Assembly (NCBI GenBank): GCA_963775425.1
Contig: CAVZJB010000004.1
Location: 1-64,000, forward strand
Direction: 5' to 3'
Length of the DNA: 64,000 bases
Origin: an uncultured delta proteobacterium
GTDB taxonomy: Bacteria > Myxococcota > UBA727 > VGSZ01
In this document: positions 58,958-64,000 of the stretch, in pieces
Layout of the letters: each line of letters begins with the position of its first letter
Position numbering within the stretch: position 1 is the stretch's first letter
Translations under genes and position numbers: made by a program
The notes under the pieces: generated by a model
The model's input: only the letters and a program-made list of their open reading frames with translations
Database searches by the model: none
Told to the model about the DNA's origin: nothing

Positions 58958-60790
58958 ATGCCCACGGGCCCATCGACCTTCGAGGGAGCCGAAGAGACGG
59001 CGGCGTCGCTGCCGCGCCAGCTCGGCAGCTACTTGCTGTTGAAGCGGCTCGGGCGCGGCGGCATGGGCACCGTGTACCTCGCGCGCCAGTCGCTCGGGGG
59101 GAGCTTCGAGCGGATGTGCGTCGTGAAGCTCGTGCGCCGCCGGCACCTCGGCGACCCGCTGCTGCGGCAGCGGTTCCTCGACGAGGCGCGCACGACGCTC
59201 CTGTTGACGCACCGGAACATCTGCCGCGTGCTCGACGTGGGCATGGCGGAGGGCGTCGTCTACCTCGCCATGGAGCACGTGAACGGACGCGACCTGCGAA
59301 CGGTGCTCAAGCGCTGCGCGGCGCGCGGCCACGGCGTGCCCCCGGAGATCGCCGCGGCCATCCTCGGCGAGATCCTCGAGGCGCTGGACTCCGCGCATCG
59401 CCTCGTCGATCCGCAGACGGGGAGCCCCCTCGAGATCGTCCATCGTGACGTGTCCCCGCACAACGTCATGGTGAGCTTCGAGGGCGAGGTGAAGCTCATC
59501 GACTTCGGCGTCGCGCGCTCGGCGACGCAGCTCGCGCAGACCGACCCGGGTCTCGTCGTCGGCAAGCTTGCGTATATGTCGCCGGAGCAGGCGTCGTCGG
59601 TGGCCGTGGACGGGCGCTCCGACGTGTTCGCCGCGGGCATCCTCGGCTACGAGATCTTCGCCGCCGACCGCTTCTACTCAAGGCTCAGCATCGACGAGAT
59701 CGGCCAGATGCTCGACGACGGCTCCTATGTGCCGCCGCGCTTCTCCGAGCTGCCCCTGGGCATCGCCGCGCTCTTGATGCGCGCGCTCACCCACGACGTC
59801 TCCGATCGGCCGCGCGCGGGCGCGTTGCGCAAGGACCTGATGGCGTGGTGCGTGGAGCACAGGAAGGTCGCCGGCGCCGCCGAGGTGCGCGCGTTCCTCG
59901 CCGACCTCTTCCCGGGCGAAGCGCAGGAGGACCGCGCGCGCTTTCAGTCACTCCTGAGAAAAGAAGGGCCGCCGACCGACGACGACGATCCCGAGCCGGA
60001 GACTGCTTCGGAGGGCTCCATCCACGCGAACGCCGCCGAGCCCACGCTCCAGGATCGCCCGCGGCGAAACCCCGACAGCGCCTCCACCCGCTCGGCGCTG
60101 AAGCCGGCCGAGCCGAACAAGCGCGGCGGGGGCCGCATGCTCCTCGCCGCGGCGGCGGTGATGGTGCTCGCGGGCGCCGCCGCCGGCGTCGTCCTCACGG
60201 TGCCGACGCTGCGCCCGGTCGCCGCGTTTGCGACGGTGGCGCCCCCGCCGGCAGCGCCCCCGCCCGTCGCCACGCCCCCGGTGGCGGACTCCGACGCGAC
60301 CGGCGCGCCGCCCGACGAGGGTGACACCCCGGCGCCCGACCGCCCCGAGGTCGCCCGCCCCGACGGCGCCCGCCCCGACGTCGCCCGCCCCGACGGCGCC
60401 GCCGGCCACCGCGGCCACGCGCACCACGCGGCGCGGCCGCACGCCCACCGCGCACATCACGCCACCCACGCCGAGGCGGCGGGCGACGCGGCCGTCGACA
60501 ACGGCGGCGGCGCGGCCGGTGAGGACGAGGGCGAACGGCAGCTCCCCGCAGGCGGCGCCGGCGACGCGCCCCTCGACGTCGGCGCGGACGCGACGAAGCC
60601 GCCGCCTCTCCCGCCGAGGCCGCGACTGCTCGTCGAGAAGGTGCGCTACCTGAAAGCGCACTGCGCCGTCCTCCCCTGCGGCACCGCCGCGCAGCGGAAG
60701 CTCGCCGGGGTCGGCGGCATGTCCGCGGACCAGGCCGAGGCGTTCCGCACCGATATCAATCGCTGCCTCGACACCTGCGGCGCCCCCTAG
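58958..60790 (+). CDS. Membrane Ser/Thr protein kinase
   Basis: LGRGGMGTVY, VVK, HRDVSPHN, DFG, YMSPEQ; TM helix; Pro/His-rich exterior with Cys-rich end. Confidence 0.92.
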   Translation: MPTGPSTFEGAEETAASLPRQLGSYLLLKRLGRGGMGTVYLARQSLGGSFERMCVVKLVRRRHLGDPLLRQRFLDEARTTLLLTHRNICRVLDVGMAEGVVYLAMEHVNGRDLRTVLKRCAARGHGVPPEIAAAILGEILEALDSAHRLVDPQTGSPLEIVHRDVSPHNVMVSFEGEVKLIDFGVARSATQLAQTDPGLVVGKLAYMSPEQASSVAVDGRSDVFAAGILGYEIFAADRFYSRLSIDEIGQMLDDGSYVPPRFSELPLGIAALLMRALTHDVSDRPRAGALRKDLMAWCVEHRKVAGAAEVRAFLADLFPGEAQEDRARFQSLLRKEGPPTDDDDPEPETASEGSIHANAAEPTLQDRPRRNPDSASTRSALKPAEPNKRGGGRMLLAAAAVMVLAGAAAGVVLTVPTLRPVAAFATVAPPPAAPPPVATPPVADSDATGAPPDEGDTPAPDRPEVARPDGARPDVARPDGAAGHRGHAHHAARPHAHRAHHATHAEAAGDAAVDNGGGAAGEDEGERQLPAGGAGDAPLDVGADATKPPPLPPRPRLLVEKVRYLKAHCAVLPCGTAAQRKLAGVGGMSADQAEAFRTDINRCLDTCGAP

Positions 60791-61079
60791 ATCAGGGTGC
60801 CGCGAGCGTTGGGGCGCGGCTCAGCGTGGTGGGCGAGCGGGGAGCGGTGGCGCCGGGCGCGGCCGCACCATCCGCGTTGTCGACGATGAGCGCCGCCAAC
60901 AGCGCCTCCGCGGCCCGGCCGCATCAGCCTTCGACGCCGCAGCCGTGCTCGAGCACCACCTCGCCCGCGGCGCTGCCCGCCACGACCGCCCCCGCCGTGG
61001 ACGCGGGCGGCGGCGCCTGCGCGCAAGACGCGTCGTTCGTGCGGCGACGTCAGGGCACGCGGGTTGCTGCTCCTGGAGC

Positions 61080-61502
61080 ATGCGTACTCGAACCCTCATC
61101 GTCGCCGCGCTCTCTCTCATCGCCCTGCCGTTCGTCGCTGCGCGAGCCGCCCCGCCCGCGCAGCCGCCGCCTGCGGGGTTTCACATCACCGGGGACGCGA
61201 AGGCGGGCGCACACGTCTACGCGTCGAGCTGCGAGACATGCCACGGGAAGCACGGCGACGGCGCGGGCGTCGCGGGCAAGGCCCTGACGCCGCCGCCGTT
61301 CAGCTTCATCGACCCCGCGCGCACCCAGGGCCTCGGCGACTGGGAGATGTTCAGCGCGGTGAAGCACGGCGGCGCCACCGTGAAGCTCTCGGCGGCCATG
61401 CCCGCGTTCGGCGACACCCTCACCGACAAGCAGATCGACGACGTGCTCGCGTACGTGAAGGCCACGTTCATCGAGCCGCACCGCGCCGGCGCGGCGCAGT
61501 GA
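61080..61502 (+). CDS. Monoheme cytochrome c
   Basis: Signal peptide, CETCH, distal Met in MPAF; GGAG RBS. Confidence 0.88.
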   Translation: MRTRTLIVAALSLIALPFVAARAAPPAQPPPAGFHITGDAKAGAHVYASSCETCHGKHGDGAGVAGKALTPPPFSFIDPARTQGLGDWEMFSAVKHGGATVKLSAAMPAFGDTLTDKQIDDVLAYVKATFIEPHRAGAAQ

Positions 61503-61534
61503 GCAGCGCCGCCGCCTCGCGTCCCGCGCGCGCG

Positions 61535-62395
61535 TCAGGCGGCGGCGACGTTCGCGCCGCCGCCGCCGGCGAGCGACTCGAGCAGGGACCACACCCGGGC
61601 GCGCACGAGCTCGTCGGTGTCGGGCTTGGGCAGCGGCGCGGGCTTGCCCTTCACGATGTAGCTGCCGCTCGGCACGTCGCCGAAGGCGGCGACGCGGAAG
61701 CGCGCGACGGCGCCCTCGAGCGACGTGGCGAAGCCGATGGCGCGCATGAGGGGGCCGGCGATCATCTGCGCGACCTTGGGCTGCCCGCCGCCGAAGCGCG
61801 TCCCCATGATGATGCCCGGGTGCAGTGACACGGCCGTGACGCCGTCGGCGGCGTAGCGGCGCGCCTGCTCCACCGTCATCATCACCGACGCGTTCTTCAC
61901 GCGGCCGTACTGGCTCATGCCCGTGTACTTCTTGGGCGACACAAGATCGTCGACGTCGACGGGGAAGCGATCGAGGAAGCCGGTCGCGAGGTTGACCACC
62001 CTGCCCCGTGCGGCTTTGAGCGCGCCGTGCAGCGCGCGCTCGAGCACGAACGCGCCGAGGGTGTTGAGGGCGAGGGTGGTCTCGACGCCGTCGGCGGTCT
62101 TCGACATCGCCTTGAAGGTGCCGCCGGCGTTGTTCACCAGGACGTCGACGCGGTCGGTGCGCGCGAGCAGGGCGTCGGCCACGGCGCGCGCGCCCTTCAC
62201 GGTGGACACGTCGCCGATGACGACCTCGGCGTCCCCACCGGCCGAGCGGATGCGCCCGAGCGTCTCGTCGGCGCGCGCGCGGTCGCGTCCCACGAGGAAG
62301 ACCTTGGCGCCGGCGGCGGCGAAGTCGATGGCGGCGGCCTGGCCGAGCCCGCTGGTGGCGCCGGTGACGACGACGATCTTGCCTTTGATATCCAT
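61535..62395 (-). CDS. Short-chain dehydrogenase/reductase (retinol dehydrogenase-like)
   Basis: TGATSGLG, NNAG, YGRVK, LHPG; GGAGGAG RBS. Confidence 0.88.
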   Translation of the reverse strand: MDIKGKIVVVTGATSGLGQAAAIDFAAAGAKVFLVGRDRARADETLGRIRSAGGDAEVVIGDVSTVKGARAVADALLARTDRVDVLVNNAGGTFKAMSKTADGVETTLALNTLGAFVLERALHGALKAARGRVVNLATGFLDRFPVDVDDLVSPKKYTGMSQYGRVKNASVMMTVEQARRYAADGVTAVSLHPGIIMGTRFGGGQPKVAQMIAGPLMRAIGFATSLEGAVARFRVAAFGDVPSGSYIVKGKPAPLPKPDTDELVRARVWSLLESLAGGGGANVAAA

Positions 62396-62535
62396 GTGCT
62401 CCTCCTGCATGCCCATCAGATGGTCAACTGTGGCTCCAGTTCCACAGAAATCCGTCGCAATTGTAAACCTGTAGTTGATGCTCGAGTCACCGAGGCGGAT
62501 TCCGGCGGCCGAGAGCCTGCTAGAGTGCCGCCACG

Positions 62536-63177
62536 ATGCGCGCCTTCGTCGCCGCCGCCCTGTCGCTCGCCGTCGTCGCCGGCGCCGGATGTCCGCTCGG
62601 CCCCGGCGCGGGCGAGCCGGGCGCAGGAGAGGGCGAGGGCGAAGGCGACCCCGGCACCCCCGACGGCACCCCGGACCACCGCCGCGCCTGCACCAACAGC
62701 TTCGGCGACGCCGTCACCGCCGAGTACGGCCGCGTGGACGGCTTCCTCGCGGCGGTGGTCCCCACCACCACCAGCGGCTGTCGCGCCGACCCCAATCACC
62801 TGCACCTGCAGATCGACGTCGGGGGGAGCATCGTCGACGTCGCGGTGAACCTCGACGTCAGCGTCGCCGAGCGCGACGTGCCGCCGGTGCAGGCGTGGGA
62901 CGAGGGCTGGCACCCGGGCGTCACCTTCGACTACGTGCGCGACCTCGCCACCCACGCCGCCGACCTGAGCACGGCGTCCCCGGGCGCGGTGCAGACGCAG
63001 GTGCTCGAGGCGCTCTCCGACGCCAACCACGTCTCGCTGTACGCCCGCGGCTACGACGTCGACGGCCTCCACGACGTGCACCGAAACGGCGCGCAACGCG
63101 ACGGAGCCATCGTGGCCAAGCCCACCGAGGGCACCGCGCGCTACCTGATCTTCCGCTTCAGCGATCAGCAGTTCTGA
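62536..63177 (+). CDS. Lipoprotein, DUF2278/YukJ-like
   Basis: GAGC lipobox; HL, DVAVN, DYVR, GLHDVHRN..DGA motifs. Confidence 0.6.
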   Translation: MRAFVAAALSLAVVAGAGCPLGPGAGEPGAGEGEGEGDPGTPDGTPDHRRACTNSFGDAVTAEYGRVDGFLAAVVPTTTSGCRADPNHLHLQIDVGGSIVDVAVNLDVSVAERDVPPVQAWDEGWHPGVTFDYVRDLATHAADLSTASPGAVQTQVLEALSDANHVSLYARGYDVDGLHDVHRNGAQRDGAIVAKPTEGTARYLIFRFSDQQF

Positions 63178-64000
63178 CGGGGCTGCACGTGATCTGCGTG
63201 GTGCGGGGCGACGCCATCGCCTCGCACATCAGCTCGAGGACCTCGCCGGTGCTGCCGGCGAAGCCGCCGCTCGAGTCCACGGCGACCACCGTGGGCCAGC
63301 GCACGCCGGTGCGCGAGTACAGGGTCCTGTCGTTTTGGTGCAGCAGGACGAGGGCCACCTCGCCGCGCACGGCGCGGTCGACGTTCTCGGTCCACCACCG
63401 CTCGAGCTCGCCGTCGTCGTCGCTCATCACCTCGCAGCCGCGCCGGTAGGCGTCGATGCACTCCCGCACCGTGAGGAGCGGCTCCGACGACGACGGCAGG
63501 AGCGCCGGCGGCAGCCGCGCCGTGGGCGCGTCGATGTCGAAGCGCGCCGCCCAGAACGCGCGGCCCCAGGCGCCGAGGACGGTCCTGGCGTAGCGGACGG
63601 CGGCGGAGTCGACGTTCTTCGGCCCGCGCGCCTCGACCACGTGCCCATGCTCGTCGACCTGCACCGTGGCCTCGCCGTCGGCGACGTCGACGTGGAAGAG
63701 GAACGCCTTGCCCGCGAGCGCCTCGAGGCGGCGGCTGGCGACGCAGTGCCGCATGGCGCGCCCCTCGGCGATGATCTCGCCGAAGGTCTTCAGAAACGTG
63801 AAGCCCGGCAGGTCCGGCAGCGGGATGGGCGGCAGCACCGTCTCCGTCTCGTCCGGGTAGCTCGCGGACCACCAGTCGACGGCGAGGTTGATCAGGGCGG
63901 AGAAGGAGCGCACGTCGCGCGCGTTCGGCACGGAGGCGAGCATCTCGGCGAGGGCGTGGCAGGGATCGATGTTCGGCGGCAACCCGAAGCTCTCCACGGC
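63158..64000 (-). CDS. PcfJ-like domain protein (5'-truncated by window edge)
   Basis: EIIAEGRAMRHCVAS and EARGPKN motifs; frame is open at the window end. Confidence 0.65.
   Translation of the reverse strand, partial: AVESFGLPPNIDPCHALAEMLASVPNARDVRSFSALINLAVDWWSASYPDETETVLPPIPLPDLPGFTFLKTFGEIIAEGRAMRHCVASRRLEALAGKAFLFHVDVADGEATVQVDEHGHVVEARGPKNVDSAAVRYARTVLGAWGRAFWAARFDIDAPTARLPPALLPSSSEPLLTVRECIDAYRRGCEVMSDDDGELERWWTENVDRAVRGEVALVLLHQNDRTLYSRTGVRWPTVVAVDSSGGFAGSTGEVLELMCEAMASPRTTQITCSPVRTADR

Noticed and set aside
60791-61079. Small ORFs between the kinase and cytochrome c
   Set aside because: No motif, start or RBS support; possibly a remnant interrupted by a stop
62428-62447. Operator-like palindrome ctgtgg-N8-ccacag upstream of the SDR
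   Set aside because: Only 6-bp arms, single occurrence and no adjacent regulator

Overview
Very GC-rich, gene-dense bacterial DNA with myxobacterial character (Ser/Thr kinases, ECF sigma/anti-sigma/caspase module, Cys-rich lipoproteins, DUF4388, PilZ). Taxonomy is inferred, not proven. Most long ORF-track entries are shadow frames, so starts were re-picked by hand. The highlight is a co-oriented minus-strand locus (about 13.7-26.4 kb) that joins a retron to a complete ADP-ribosylation toolkit. In transcription order it holds an NTAQ1-like amidase, a Nudix (ADP-ribose pyrophosphatase-like) hydrolase, a WGR-REG-catalytic PARP with H-Y-E triad, a macrodomain protein, a WGR-like/HEAT-repeat protein, a SWIM zinc-finger protein, a msr/msd-like ncRNA (a1/a2 inverted repeats and a long msd hairpin are visible), a retron reverse transcriptase, and an ADP-ribosylglycohydrolase fused to a complete NAD+-dependent DNA ligase that ends in a beta-clamp-type motif (QLTLF). 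Elsewhere: tRNA-Val(CAC), a decayed IS1182-like element, phoH-HD-ybeY, a divergent argF-like gene, an Asp-type (fosfomycin-insensitive) MurA, and a 31-nt tandem repeat whose unit recurs at other gene ends. All calls come from reading motifs by eye; no searches were run.
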